Below, in pieces: positions 40,767-50,942 of a DNA stretch of 64,000 bases. A program made the position numbers and the translations under genes. Numbering within the stretch: position 1 is the stretch's first letter; each line of letters opens with the position of its first letter. Source of the stretch: Candidatus Methanomethylicia archaeon (GTDB lineage Archaea; Thermoproteota; Methanomethylicia; Culexarchaeales; Culexarchaeaceae); the NCBI GenBank assembly GCA_038727515.1, contig JAVYVS010000001.1:192001-256000 (forward strand), written 5' to 3'. Below the pieces are notes generated by a model, which was not told the origin of the DNA, made no database searches, and saw only the letters and a program-made list of their open reading frames with translations.

Positions 40767-40854
40767 GAAAATAGTTATTAAAGGGAAATTAAAAAGTTTT
40801 ACCAACGAAAACTATATACAAATCATAGAACATATATCACCACAGTGAAACATA

Positions 40855-41364
40855 ATGAATGTTGAAGATGCCATTAAAATTAGGAGGAGCATTAGAAAAT
40901 ATAAGCCAATACCAATATCAGAAGAATCATTAATGAAAATCTTAGAGGCAGGTAGATTAGCCCCCTCAGCTGGGAATAGACAGCCATGGCATTTCATAGT
41001 TGTAAGAGATAAAAATATTAAAGAAGAAATCGTGAAAGCAGCTAGAAATCAGAAATTCATTGGAGAAGCAGATACAGTAATAGTGATTCTTGGAAACCCT
41101 GAAGCTTCACCAAGATGGTATCTACAAGATCCAATGATTGCAGCTCAAAACATGGTTCTACAAGCCACAGAATTAGGTTTAGGAACATGCTACATAGGGG
41201 CCTTCGATGAAAATCAAATAAAAAGTATACTCTCAATACCGGAAAACATGAAAGTCATATGTCTACTACCAATAGGAGTTCCAGATGAAACTCCACCACC
41301 AAAACCTAGAAAACCATTAACAGAAATAGTTTCACAAGAAAAATATGGAAACCCATTAAAATAG
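40855..41364 (+). CDS. Nitroreductase family protein
   Basis: RRSIRKY, APSAGNRQPWHF, LGLGTC. Confidence 0.92.
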   Translation: MNVEDAIKIRRSIRKYKPIPISEESLMKILEAGRLAPSAGNRQPWHFIVVRDKNIKEEIVKAARNQKFIGEADTVIVILGNPEASPRWYLQDPMIAAQNMVLQATELGLGTCYIGAFDENQIKSILSIPENMKVICLLPIGVPDETPPPKPRKPLTEIVSQEKYGNPLK

Positions 41365-41377
41365 ATGTGAAATAATT

Positions 41378-41806
41378 ATGGGAGATCTAGAGATTGCAAA
41401 GAAGATCTTAAGGGAGAGAAAATTAACATTAGCCATAGTTAAAAATAAAGAATTAATTTTTGAATCCAATGATCATGGAATAATAGGGTTTATAAATGCA
41501 ATAGAAGAATTAGGTGGAGAATTAAAGGGAGCTTATATGGCAGATAAAATTGTTGGTAGAGCAATAGCATTACTAGCAATATATTCAGGGATAAAAGGGG
41601 TATATGCAGAAATAATAAGTAAACATGGATTTAAAACATTGATTGAGGGAAATATTGAAGAGTTAGAATATGGGGAAATGGTGGATGCAATAATGGATAA
41701 AACTGGAAGGGAACTATGCCCCTTTGAAAGAGAAGCACAGGGAATAAATGATCCATCAAAAGCATACGAAAAATTCAAATTAATGATTAAAGCTTTAAAG
41801 GGATAG
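41378..41806 (+). CDS. DUF1893 (TM1506-like) protein
   Basis: ADKIVGRAIA and CPFE motifs. Confidence 0.82.
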   Translation: MGDLEIAKKILRERKLTLAIVKNKELIFESNDHGIIGFINAIEELGGELKGAYMADKIVGRAIALLAIYSGIKGVYAEIISKHGFKTLIEGNIEELEYGEMVDAIMDKTGRELCPFEREAQGINDPSKAYEKFKLMIKALKG

Positions 41807-41817
41807 GTGTATGGGAT

Positions 41818-42378
41818 TTGAAATCTAAAATCTTCTGGATATGTATAACGATATCAACAATGGTATTCACATTTGGAATAATTTCAGGATTAAAACAAAC
41901 TAGTATACCACCATTAGGAGAAGAAATACTAAATCCAATTAGAGAATTAGCAAAACAATACAAGCCATTTACAATATCCACATTTATGTTGATATTCTCA
42001 AAGAATCTCATTGCATTATTAACAATGTGGATTTCAGGCTTACTATTATCAATTCCAACCATTGTAAGTTTATGGATGAATGGCTACATAATAGGTTTAG
42101 TTGTAAATTTAAGTGGAAATATAACTTTAGCAATTCTTGGAATACTACCCCATGGAGTAATAGAAATTCCAGCTTTAATAATTGCAGGAGCCTCTGGAAT
42201 TAGAATTGGAATAGAAGTTACACGTAAACTTGCATCAATAATAACCCATAAAAATGCATCAATAAGGAGAGCATTAAAGGAAACTATTAAGCCAATGATG
42301 ATAAGCATAATACTATTAATTCCAGCAGCATTAATAGAGACATATATAACCCCACTAATAATGATGCTATTTAAATAA
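41818..42378 (+). CDS. SpoIIM/DUF95 family membrane protein
   Basis: NGYIIG, LPHGVIEIPA, AALIETYITP. Confidence 0.88.
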   Translation: MKSKIFWICITISTMVFTFGIISGLKQTSIPPLGEEILNPIRELAKQYKPFTISTFMLIFSKNLIALLTMWISGLLLSIPTIVSLWMNGYIIGLVVNLSGNITLAILGILPHGVIEIPALIIAGASGIRIGIEVTRKLASIITHKNASIRRALKETIKPMMISIILLIPAALIETYITPLIMMLFK

Positions 42379-42380
42379 AT

Positions 42381-43706
42381 TTAATGTGAAGTTAACCTGT
42401 AGAATAGACGCTCATAAAAATCCACAGTCTTATATAGCGATGAAACTTCAAGATACTCATTGGGACCATGAATATTACCGCCCACAGGCCCAAAATCAAT
42501 ACATTTAACACCAATAGGAGCGAAAAACCTAGAATCAGAAGCTCCACAAGCTTCAACAACACCACTCTTAACACCTAAACCATCTAAAACATCCAATGCA
42601 AACCTTACAATATCTTCATTTTCATCAGTATATAGATAGCCAATTCCACCACTAAACTCACATTCAGCTCCAGGAACATTCCTCAATAAAGTTTCCCTTA
42701 ATGGATGGAGAAAACCTAGATCAGTAGTCATAGCTCTAATATCAAAATTCAAATAGTGAACTCCACCACTATACATATAGTAGTTGGGGGTTATGGAAAC
42801 ACCAAAATCACTATATAATTCAGGTTTCAAGGGAGTTCTAACAAGAGGGATAACTGCTCTTAAAAGCTTTGTTAAACCTTCATCAACAATAACCCTTTCT
42901 CCATGAACATCTGGATTAACAAGTTCAAGTTCCACCAATCCAGGTATAACATTAGACTTAGAGAAATCACCTTTAATCCCAATAACATATAGATTTGGAT
43001 TCAACCTAAGATAGTATGAAGCTGCAATTAGAGGGTGAAGATCAACACCAGGCATGAAATATGCTGCATGTCTAGTCTCATAAACTGGAGTTTCAACATT
43101 AAATCTCTTACTAAACCTTATCCCATTAATTTCACGTTTAACCTCTTTAACCCTAACCCTAAAACCAAAACCACATCTTCGACGAACAATAACAAGCATA
43201 CCATTACCATCACCATTAACAAGGTAATCAGGTTTTAAACCAGCCTCTAAAAGTTTATCTCTAATCATACCTGCACCATTCCTACCACCAATCTCTTCAT
43301 CTCCAGTAAAGGCAAAGATGAGAGTCCCCTTAAATCCCCTAGAAACAATACGTTCAATAGCGCAAATCATAGCAGCAACATTAGATTTATCATCAATAGA
43401 ACCTCTACCATAAGCAACATCACCAACTAAAGTTAGAGTAAATGGATTATACTTCCACTCAGAAATATTTACTGGAACAGTATCGAAATGAGCCATAAAC
43501 ATTATGATGGGTTTACCTTCACCTAAAACTCCAAAAACACTATAAAACCCATTCTTCTCTAGAATTTCAGCATTAACACCAATACCATGAAGAATCTCAC
43601 GAATCTTATTTGGAGCTTCAACACTAGGCTTTAAACCTTGCTCAGGACTATTCACAGTATTAATACTAACAAGGTCTAAAAGTATCTTTAAAGGATCTAG
43701 AACCAT
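42381..43706 (-). CDS. M20 family metallopeptidase/deacylase (ArgE/DapE-like)
   Basis: AHFDTVP, GRGSIDDK, DEEIGG, SDSRFF, IHGPNE. Confidence 0.9.
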   Translation of the reverse strand: MVLDPLKILLDLVSINTVNSPEQGLKPSVEAPNKIREILHGIGVNAEILEKNGFYSVFGVLGEGKPIIMFMAHFDTVPVNISEWKYNPFTLTLVGDVAYGRGSIDDKSNVAAMICAIERIVSRGFKGTLIFAFTGDEEIGGRNGAGMIRDKLLEAGLKPDYLVNGDGNGMLVIVRRRCGFGFRVRVKEVKREINGIRFSKRFNVETPVYETRHAAYFMPGVDLHPLIAASYYLRLNPNLYVIGIKGDFSKSNVIPGLVELELVNPDVHGERVIVDEGLTKLLRAVIPLVRTPLKPELYSDFGVSITPNYYMYSGGVHYLNFDIRAMTTDLGFLHPLRETLLRNVPGAECEFSGGIGYLYTDENEDIVRFALDVLDGLGVKSGVVEACGASDSRFFAPIGVKCIDFGPVGGNIHGPNEYLEVSSLYKTVDFYERLFYRLTSH

Positions 43707-43792
43707 AAGGGGTTCACGATAAACATAACGTTAAAAAAGTATTTATACCTTTCAATACGTAAACGTTAAATCACCATAATCCAACATAAATA

Positions 43793-44350
43793 GTGATGAA
43801 TGGAAATACCCATAGAAAACCAAAACTAGAGAAGGAAGAAATCATATATAGGGGGAGAAGAGTAACATTAACAAAAAGATTCTATACCTTTAACAATGAA
43901 GAATTCATAAGGGAAATAGTGGTATTCGGTCAATCTGTAGCTATACTACCATTCAAAGATATGGATCAAGTGATATTAATAGAGCAATTCAGACCATCAC
44001 AAAATAAATGGATACTTGAAGTACCAGCAGGAGTAATAGAGGAAAATGAAAAACCTGAAGAAACAGCTGAAAGAGAACTTATTGAAGAAATAGGATATAA
44101 ACCTAACAAGCTGGTGAAAATGGCCTCCATATATATGTCACCGGGGTATAGTGATGAAATACTACATATATACATAGCATTAGATTTAACACGCATAGGA
44201 GAAAAACCGGAGAAGGGAGAGTTAATAAGAATTGTAACCATGAATTTCAATGAAGCTTTAAAGAAAATATTGAAGGAAGAAATTGTAGATGCAAAAACAT
44301 TATTAGCCTTCCTCTTAGCAAAAAGATACATTAAAGAGGGCTATAGCTAG
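43793..44350 (+). CDS. NUDIX hydrolase (ADP-ribose pyrophosphatase-like)
   Basis: QFRP, EVPAG..ERELIEEIGY Nudix box, SPG, DAKT. Confidence 0.9.
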   Translation: MMNGNTHRKPKLEKEEIIYRGRRVTLTKRFYTFNNEEFIREIVVFGQSVAILPFKDMDQVILIEQFRPSQNKWILEVPAGVIEENEKPEETAERELIEEIGYKPNKLVKMASIYMSPGYSDEILHIYIALDLTRIGEKPEKGELIRIVTMNFNEALKKILKEEIVDAKTLLAFLLAKRYIKEGYS

Positions 44351-45117
44351 AATACCTTCTCCCTAAATAATTCACTTAACATTAAATACTTCTCAAGCAA
44401 CATAACCCTACTAGAAAGCTTCTCCCTTAAATCTGGAAGTTCATCGCCAGTATAAATCTTATCCACAAGTATTGCTGGTCTAATAGTTAAAGCTTTAACT
44501 ACACTCTTATAATCTTCTATGGGTTCAACTTCTTCATAAACCTCTGGAAATCCACTTAAAACCTCAATTTTGATTTTACCAGTTAAAGTAGATAGAAAGA
44601 AGTCTACTTCAGCTTCTAGAAAATCCATTAAAGCTTCTTCATCTTTAAAACATCTTAAAGCCATTTCCAAAGCCTTCTCTAAATCAATAAATATATCATA
44701 GTATAATTGAGCATTCTCCTTCTTAGGATTCCAAATAATCTTAGGCTTCCAATCCAATCCATGATAACATTGATGTAGAAAACATAGGTATTCATGGTAT
44801 AAAATACCCTTTAACCTCTTTAAATCATAAGTTAATATCTTTGGAGCATATAATTGTATAGTTGGAATTAAAACACCAATGGATTTATCAAGTTTATAAA
44901 CAAAACCAGAAGAATAAATAAGTTTTAAACCTCCTGAAAACCTTCTAGTCATAAGTGCTTTATGAACTTCTAAATCTGCAATCCAAGGTAGATCAGTTTC
45001 AACTTCAAATCCACTGGTAATGTTTGGGAGAATATCCATAACAAGCTTACTTATATCTTCATCATAAATTTTAGTTGCACCTTCATAATCAATAACATTA
45101 ATCCTCATATAAATCAA
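44347..45117 (-). CDS. Hypothetical protein
   Basis: 256-aa ORF filling the gap with normal codon style; HEYLCFLHQCYH segment; no family recognised. Confidence 0.65.
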   Translation of the reverse strand: MIYMRINVIDYEGATKIYDEDISKLVMDILPNITSGFEVETDLPWIADLEVHKALMTRRFSGGLKLIYSSGFVYKLDKSIGVLIPTIQLYAPKILTYDLKRLKGILYHEYLCFLHQCYHGLDWKPKIIWNPKKENAQLYYDIFIDLEKALEMALRCFKDEEALMDFLEAEVDFFLSTLTGKIKIEVLSGFPEVYEEVEPIEDYKSVVKALTIRPAILVDKIYTGDELPDLREKLSSRVMLLEKYLMLSELFREKVF

Positions 45118-45198
45118 AAAGATATATGTTAAACATAGAGATAACCATTTCCAAAAACATAAACAATTAACTATATATATTAAAACGATATATTTCCA

Positions 45199-46374
45199 AT
45201 GATGGTTATGGATGTATCTAAGTATGCTAGGAGAGAACTTTTACAATTAGGTGAAAGACCAGCAACTAGAGCTCCTCTACCAAAAATGGAAAACATAATA
45301 AATCTAGGTGCTGGAGACCCAGATTTTAATCAACCTAGAATCGTAATGGAGAAAATTGTGGAAGCAATGGAAAAGGGATATACACATTACATGTTTGAAG
45401 GACTACCAGAATTCAAAAGAGCAGTTGCAGAATACTATTCAAAATATGGGGTAAAGATAGATCCAGATACCCAGGTTATACCAACATCAGGTGGAGGACC
45501 AGCAATATTCCATATACTTGCAGCATTAATAAATCCAGGGGATGAAGTAATAATATTTGATCCAGCATATCAAGGATATCTAAACCCAATAAGATACTTT
45601 GGTGGAGTAATAGTTAGAGCAAAAATGAAGAAAGATGAAAAAGGATATTTTAGACCAGACATAGAAAACTTGAAAAACGTAATAACAGAGAAAACAAAGC
45701 TTCTAATAATATGTAATCCAGATAATCCCACTGGATGCGTATTCAATGAAGAAGAATTAAATAGAATAGCAGAATTATCCAAGAAACATGACTTCCTAAT
45801 ACTATCAGATGAAATATACAATGAGTTTATATGGGGTGATAGAAATCATATAGCCATAATGGGTTTAGAGGGGATGATGGAGAGAACAATAGTGGCTATG
45901 AGCTTCTCAAAAATGTTTGCTTGGACTGGATGTAGATTAGGATATATAATAGCTTCACCGGAAATGGCGAATCTAATATCAAGAGTCCCATTGGGAATAT
46001 CTCCAGCACCAGTACCATTCCAATATGCGGGAGCATACCTATTAAGGGAGGGATGGGAATTCAATAAGATGATGAGAAGAGAATATGAGAAGAGGATAGA
46101 TTACTGTGTAAAGAGGTTAAATGAAATCCCTGGAATAAGATGCGTATATCCAGAAGCAACCTTCTACCTATTCCCAGAAATATCAGAAACAAAACTAAAT
46201 TCAGTAGAATATGCAAAGAGATTAATGGCAGAAGAAGGAGTAAGAGTAGTGGCAGGTTCAACCTTTGGATCTATGGGTGAAGGACATGTAAGATTAGCTC
46301 TAGTAGTACCCATGGAGAAACTTGTGGAAGCAATGGATAGAATAGAGAAATTCCATAAGAAGATAATGAAGTAA
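45199..46374 (+). CDS. Class I/II PLP-dependent (aspartate-type) aminotransferase
   Basis: GDPDF, NPDNPTG, SDEIY, SFSKMFAWTGCRLG. Confidence 0.93.
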   Translation: MMVMDVSKYARRELLQLGERPATRAPLPKMENIINLGAGDPDFNQPRIVMEKIVEAMEKGYTHYMFEGLPEFKRAVAEYYSKYGVKIDPDTQVIPTSGGGPAIFHILAALINPGDEVIIFDPAYQGYLNPIRYFGGVIVRAKMKKDEKGYFRPDIENLKNVITEKTKLLIICNPDNPTGCVFNEEELNRIAELSKKHDFLILSDEIYNEFIWGDRNHIAIMGLEGMMERTIVAMSFSKMFAWTGCRLGYIIASPEMANLISRVPLGISPAPVPFQYAGAYLLREGWEFNKMMRREYEKRIDYCVKRLNEIPGIRCVYPEATFYLFPEISETKLNSVEYAKRLMAEEGVRVVAGSTFGSMGEGHVRLALVVPMEKLVEAMDRIEKFHKKIMK

Positions 46375-46430
46375 CAAATTAAACTTTAAAGATAAATTTT
46401 TACATAAACAATTTCATAAGTAAAGGGGGA

Positions 46431-46444
46431 TTGTTATTTAACAA
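46431..46444. promoter_or_regulatory. Possible operator palindrome upstream of the ferredoxin gene
   Basis: TTGTTA-TT-TAACAA, flanked roughly symmetrically by ATTTCATAA (46411) and TTATGAAAT (46453). Confidence 0.25.
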
Positions 46445-46525
46445 TATGATAATTATGAAATGTATAAATGGAGATAGATGAAAATCTTAAATAAAATTTT
46501 TACATTATTGAAGGTATAGAACATT

Positions 46526-46810
46526 ATGAGCAATATGAGTGGAAGAAGCTTCGAAGTAGCGGTGATAGTTAATAGATGTAAGGGATGTAGAATATGTATA
46601 TCCATGTGTCCAAAGAAGGTTTTAGAGCAATCAAATGATATAAACGATTTTGGATACAATTATGCATACCCAAAGAATATTGATGAATGCATTGGATGTA
46701 AATTTTGTGAAATCTACTGTCCAGATTTTGCAATATATGTAAAACCCTCAGATAAACCTAAAGCAACTTTAAATAGAGTTAAAAAGGCTACAAAGGTTGT
46801 TGAAGAGTGA
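46526..46810 (+). CDS. 2x[4Fe-4S] ferredoxin (2-oxoacid:ferredoxin oxidoreductase delta-like)
   Basis: CKGCRICISMCP and CIGCKFCEIYCPDFAI. Confidence 0.9.
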   Translation: MSNMSGRSFEVAVIVNRCKGCRICISMCPKKVLEQSNDINDFGYNYAYPKNIDECIGCKFCEIYCPDFAIYVKPSDKPKATLNRVKKATKVVEE

Positions 46811-47171
46811 AATAATAGCCTGAAGGATAATCCTTTGAAAACTCCAGTAAAACTTTAACTCCAATATCTAAATCACTAATCTTCGCATTCTTTAAAATCC
46901 CTGGAAGTCTAATACCACCCTCAAACTCCACTAAAACAACAATATATGAATTAAACTTTTCAAAACCCTTTAATGGAACATGAACTTCAGTATAACTAAC
47001 AATAACACCAACCCTCCCAATCTCCATCCAAACTAAATCTTTTGAATCACAATATGGACAAAACATTTTTGGAGGTAGGAAAATCCTTCCACAATTATTA
47101 CATTTAACAGCCATAAACCTATTATTCTCACAAAATCTCTTGAAACTCTCTAAAGTAAATTCTTCAACCAT
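46788..47171 (-). CDS. DUF35 Zn-ribbon/OB-fold protein (thiolase partner)
   Basis: KCNNCG..PP..CPYC, SYTEVH; coupled to the thiolase. Start moved to 47171. Confidence 0.9.
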   Translation of the reverse strand: MVEEFTLESFKRFCENNRFMAVKCNNCGRIFLPPKMFCPYCDSKDLVWMEIGRVGVIVSYTEVHVPLKGFEKFNSYIVVLVEFEGGIRLPGILKNAKISDLDIGVKVLLEFSKDYPSGYYFTLQQPL

Positions 47172-48348
47172 AAAATTCACCCCCCACATATATGTGGACA
47201 ATGGCAGAGGCCCCTGAACCACCAACATTATGAGTTAAACCAATCTTAGCTTCATCAATCTGCCTTAAACCAGCTTTACCAGTTAATTGAAGAAAGATTT
47301 CACAAGCTTGAGCAACACCAGTAGCACCTACAGGGTGACCCTTAGCCTTTAAACCACCACTAGTATTAACTGGGATAGAACCATCCCTGAAAGTCTCACC
47401 ACGCTCAATAAGTTTACCACCCTCCCCAGGATTACAGAAACCAAGATCTTCATAAGCAATAATTTCAGCAATAGTAAAGCAATCATGGACTTCAGCTACA
47501 TCTACATCCATAGGAGATATACCAGCCATATCATAAGCTCTTCTAGCAGCAATCTTAGAAGCTTTTAAACTAGTTAAACTCTCCCTATTAATTAGACTTA
47601 TACTATCATGACCTTGACCAAAACCAATTATGTGTACAACATCATCAGAATACCTATACGCCAATTCAGGTTTCGTAAGAATTAGGCAAGCAGCACCATC
47701 AGATATAAGTGAACAATCATAAAGTTTTAAAGGCCAAGCAATAACCCTAGAACTTAAAACCTTATCTATAGTCACATTATCAACACCATACATATGGGCT
47801 TTAGGATTCAAATTAGCATTAGCATGATTCTTAACAGAGACTAAAGCCATCTGCTCTTGAGTAGTCCCATACTTCTTCATATGTGCAGTAGCCATTAAAG
47901 CGTATAATGCTGGAAAAGTTAATCCATTAATCTGCTCAAAGAAGTAATCTGAGGCTGTAGCTAAAATATCAGTTACATCTGAAGTGGGTAGATGAGTCAT
48001 CTTTTCAACTCCACCAACTAAAACAAAATCATAGAGACCAGAAGCTATAGCTATAACCCCCAATTTAAGGGCAACACCAGAAGATGCACATGCACATTCA
48101 ACTCTAAAACCATCAACTCCATTAAGTCCACACCACTCTAAATATATGGGTGCATTATGCTCTTGATGCTCAAACATACCACTCATCTGACCAATAAATG
48201 CAGCTTTAATCATATCCACAGAAAATTTTGGGATAGCATCTATACATTCCCTAAAAGCATCATAAAAAATCTCTCTAGCACTTTTACCAATAAGTTTACC
48301 AAACTTTGAAATACCAACAGATATAATAGAGGCTAAAGGCTTATTCAA
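47164..48348 (-). CDS. Thiolase (acetyl-CoA acyltransferase, archaeal SCP-x type)
   Basis: ECACASS, GVEKM, EVHDCF, GGLKAKGHPVGATG, HNVGG. Confidence 0.94.
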   Translation of the reverse strand: MNKPLASIISVGISKFGKLIGKSAREIFYDAFRECIDAIPKFSVDMIKAAFIGQMSGMFEHQEHNAPIYLEWCGLNGVDGFRVECACASSGVALKLGVIAIASGLYDFVLVGGVEKMTHLPTSDVTDILATASDYFFEQINGLTFPALYALMATAHMKKYGTTQEQMALVSVKNHANANLNPKAHMYGVDNVTIDKVLSSRVIAWPLKLYDCSLISDGAACLILTKPELAYRYSDDVVHIIGFGQGHDSISLINRESLTSLKASKIAARRAYDMAGISPMDVDVAEVHDCFTIAEIIAYEDLGFCNPGEGGKLIERGETFRDGSIPVNTSGGLKAKGHPVGATGVAQACEIFLQLTGKAGLRQIDEAKIGLTHNVGGSGASAIVHIYVGGEFYG

Positions 48349-48466
48349 AGATACTCCACCACAAATAATAAGTTATAATTCAACTTATAACCTTATTACA
48401 CACCCCCTTGAAATCTATGTTTCAATTATAAGATTTATCTAACCCTTAAATTAAATTAGTAAGTAG

Positions 48467-49390
48467 ATGTATATGGGCGTAAATAGAATCTTGAGCATAA
48501 CCCTAATAATAAGTTTAACCATAAATCTAGCTTTAACATCAATAATAATAGCTTTAAACATTAGGAGCAACCAACTTGAATCAATAATAGAAGAACTATC
48601 AATAGAAGTCTCAAAGAGCAATAGTATAATGGGAGAATTACAAGCACAATTAAACTATACAAAACAACAACTGGAATACTATCGTATGCAATTAGAATAC
48701 TATACAAAACTATACCAAAACAAAACTGGAATTCCACTCATTGGGAAATCAGAGGTAAATATTGTTGCAGTAAGAGTTATACAAGAAGACTTTTTCACAA
48801 CTTCATATGAAGGGGTAGTAATGAAAGCTGAAGTAGAATTAACACCTGGAGATGGCAAAATACTTGTAAATACAAAACCAAATATTGGAATAGACCTACA
48901 AGCAAGTGTTAGAATAGCGGCAGCTGTAGCCGAAAAATATACTGGAGTAAGTCTTGGAAGCACAAATGTAATCATATCAGTAATTGCAAATGAAGAAGTT
49001 GAAGTTGTAGATGGACCAAGTGCAGGTGCAGCCATAACAATAGCCATCATCTCAGCAATAACCAAACAATCAGTAAACAACACCATATACATAACTGGAA
49101 CAATAAATAGTGATGGAAGTATAGGACAAGTTGGGGGAATAATAGAGAAAGCTATAGCTTCAGCAAGAAATGGCTGTAAAATATTCCTAGTTCCAAAAGG
49201 TCAAGCACAAACACAAATACTAATACCAGTAGAAAAGGAGATTGGAAGAGGGATTAAGATCATAACATACCAATACAAAACTATAAACGTAGAACAATAC
49301 CTTAAAAGTATAGGATACCATTTGAAGATTATTGAAGTAAGCAACATAATTGAAGCATTAAATTATACATTGATTAAAGGTACATGGTGA
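48467..49390 (+). CDS. Membrane-anchored Lon-like S16 protease domain protein (no ATPase; COG1750-like)
   Basis: N-terminal TM + coiled coil; DGPSAG (Ser) and QVGGIIEK (Lys) dyad. Confidence 0.85.
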   Translation: MYMGVNRILSITLIISLTINLALTSIIIALNIRSNQLESIIEELSIEVSKSNSIMGELQAQLNYTKQQLEYYRMQLEYYTKLYQNKTGIPLIGKSEVNIVAVRVIQEDFFTTSYEGVVMKAEVELTPGDGKILVNTKPNIGIDLQASVRIAAAVAEKYTGVSLGSTNVIISVIANEEVEVVDGPSAGAAITIAIISAITKQSVNNTIYITGTINSDGSIGQVGGIIEKAIASARNGCKIFLVPKGQAQTQILIPVEKEIGRGIKIITYQYKTINVEQYLKSIGYHLKIIEVSNIIEALNYTLIKGTW

Positions 49391-50187
49391 TTAAAATGGA
49401 TTTAAATGAAACATTAATTGAAATAGCCAAGAGAATCCAGATTAAAGCTTCAGAGAAATTGAAGCATAAACCAATAAGTGAAGAGGAAGGAGCGAAAATA
49501 GATGTTGAATTAGAAGAGGAAATAATAAGATTCTTGAGGGAAAGATATAGTTATTTCACATTTATAGGTGAAGAAACTGGGAAACATGTTTATGGAAGTG
49601 GAAAACCAATATTTATAGTAGACCCCTTAGATGGAAGCTTAAATGCTTATAGGGGATATCCCATATACTCCACATCGATAGCGGTAGCAGAAGAAAACAA
49701 TTTCAGAAGTATAATTGGTGGAATAGTAATGAATCTAGTTACTGGAGATACATTCATAGGGTTAAAGGGGTTTGGTGTAAAATTAAATGGGAGGAGAGTA
49801 ACCCCAAGTAAAGTGAAAAATTTAAGTGAAGCATTAATTGCTGTAGACATGAATATTAGGGGGAAATATCTACAACACTTAAAACTTGTAACACCATTAA
49901 TAAGTGAAGCAAAACATGTAAGATTCATAGGGACAGATGCTCTAGAAACATGTTTTGTAGCAGCTGGAATCTGCGATGCCTTCATAGATTTGAGGGGAGT
50001 ATTAAGATTAACAGATTTTGCTGCAGCATGCTTCATGGTTAAAGAAGCTGGAGGAATAGTAATCAATGAATATGGATCAACATTAGACTTTGAATTCAAT
50101 GATAACATTAGATCAAAATATATTGCAGCAGCAAACATGGAATTAGCAAAAGAAATAATTAATAGAATTAAAAGCGTTATTGAATGA
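49384..50187 (+). CDS. suhB: Inositol monophosphatase/fructose-1,6-bisphosphatase family
   Basis: GEE, VDPLDGSLN, DFAAA..EAGG. Confidence 0.88.
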   Translation: MVIKMDLNETLIEIAKRIQIKASEKLKHKPISEEEGAKIDVELEEEIIRFLRERYSYFTFIGEETGKHVYGSGKPIFIVDPLDGSLNAYRGYPIYSTSIAVAEENNFRSIIGGIVMNLVTGDTFIGLKGFGVKLNGRRVTPSKVKNLSEALIAVDMNIRGKYLQHLKLVTPLISEAKHVRFIGTDALETCFVAAGICDAFIDLRGVLRLTDFAAACFMVKEAGGIVINEYGSTLDFEFNDNIRSKYIAAANMELAKEIINRIKSVIE

Positions 50188-50851
50188 GTTCACAAATAGC
50201 TCTAGCTAAAGCAGTTCTAGCAGTTAAAATCATAAAGTTTCCACAACTCTTTAAAACATCTCTTTGAGCAAGATTATAACCAATACAATCCATAATTATC
50301 ATTTTAACGTTATCACCCCTTAATTTCCCACCAATAATTCTAAAATCATTTAAACTTGCAGTATATGGGGATATGGCATAAACCTTTAAATCTTCAAATA
50401 ATCCACTCCACTTCAATTTTGCATACTCCAATTGTTCCATAGCTGGAATTAAAACCGCCACGGAACCACTATAGGATAAGCCAGAGGCAAACCCCTTCAA
50501 AATCTTCTCAGGGTAAACTATGGGTATAGAAGCTTTATAACGTGGAAATTCACCAGAACATAAAATTCCAATAACATCAACATTGGAAGCCTCCAACTTC
50601 TTTACACATTCACCCACTAAAGGTAGAATCTTCTCTTTAGAAATCTTAACTTCAAAACCATCCCTCATCCTAGTAACATAAACTGTTTCTCCAGCCTCCG
50701 GCTTAAATTTAACTTCAACTTCACTTTTACTTAAACCATCAAGAGCACCTACTTCTAAAACATCTATATTACTTGGTAAAAACTTCAAGATATCACTTGT
50801 AACATCAATTCTAGGAGATTGCCCAATAGTTATAAAACCAATCCTAACCAT
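50177..50851 (-). CDS. aroM: AroM family protein
   Basis: TIGQSPRID, GALDGL, VTRMRDG, LCSGEF, SPY, MDCIGY. Start moved to 50851. Confidence 0.85.
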   Translation of the reverse strand: MVRIGFITIGQSPRIDVTSDILKFLPSNIDVLEVGALDGLSKSEVEVKFKPEAGETVYVTRMRDGFEVKISKEKILPLVGECVKKLEASNVDVIGILCSGEFPRYKASIPIVYPEKILKGFASGLSYSGSVAVLIPAMEQLEYAKLKWSGLFEDLKVYAISPYTASLNDFRIIGGKLRGDNVKMIIMDCIGYNLAQRDVLKSCGNFMILTARTALARAICELIQ

Positions 50852-50942
50852 AAATAACACCAATAAAACATTGATAGACAAGAATAAATATCTTGTATAA
50901 CAGAAATAATTAAGAATACATGAATGATTTGGTGATAAACTA

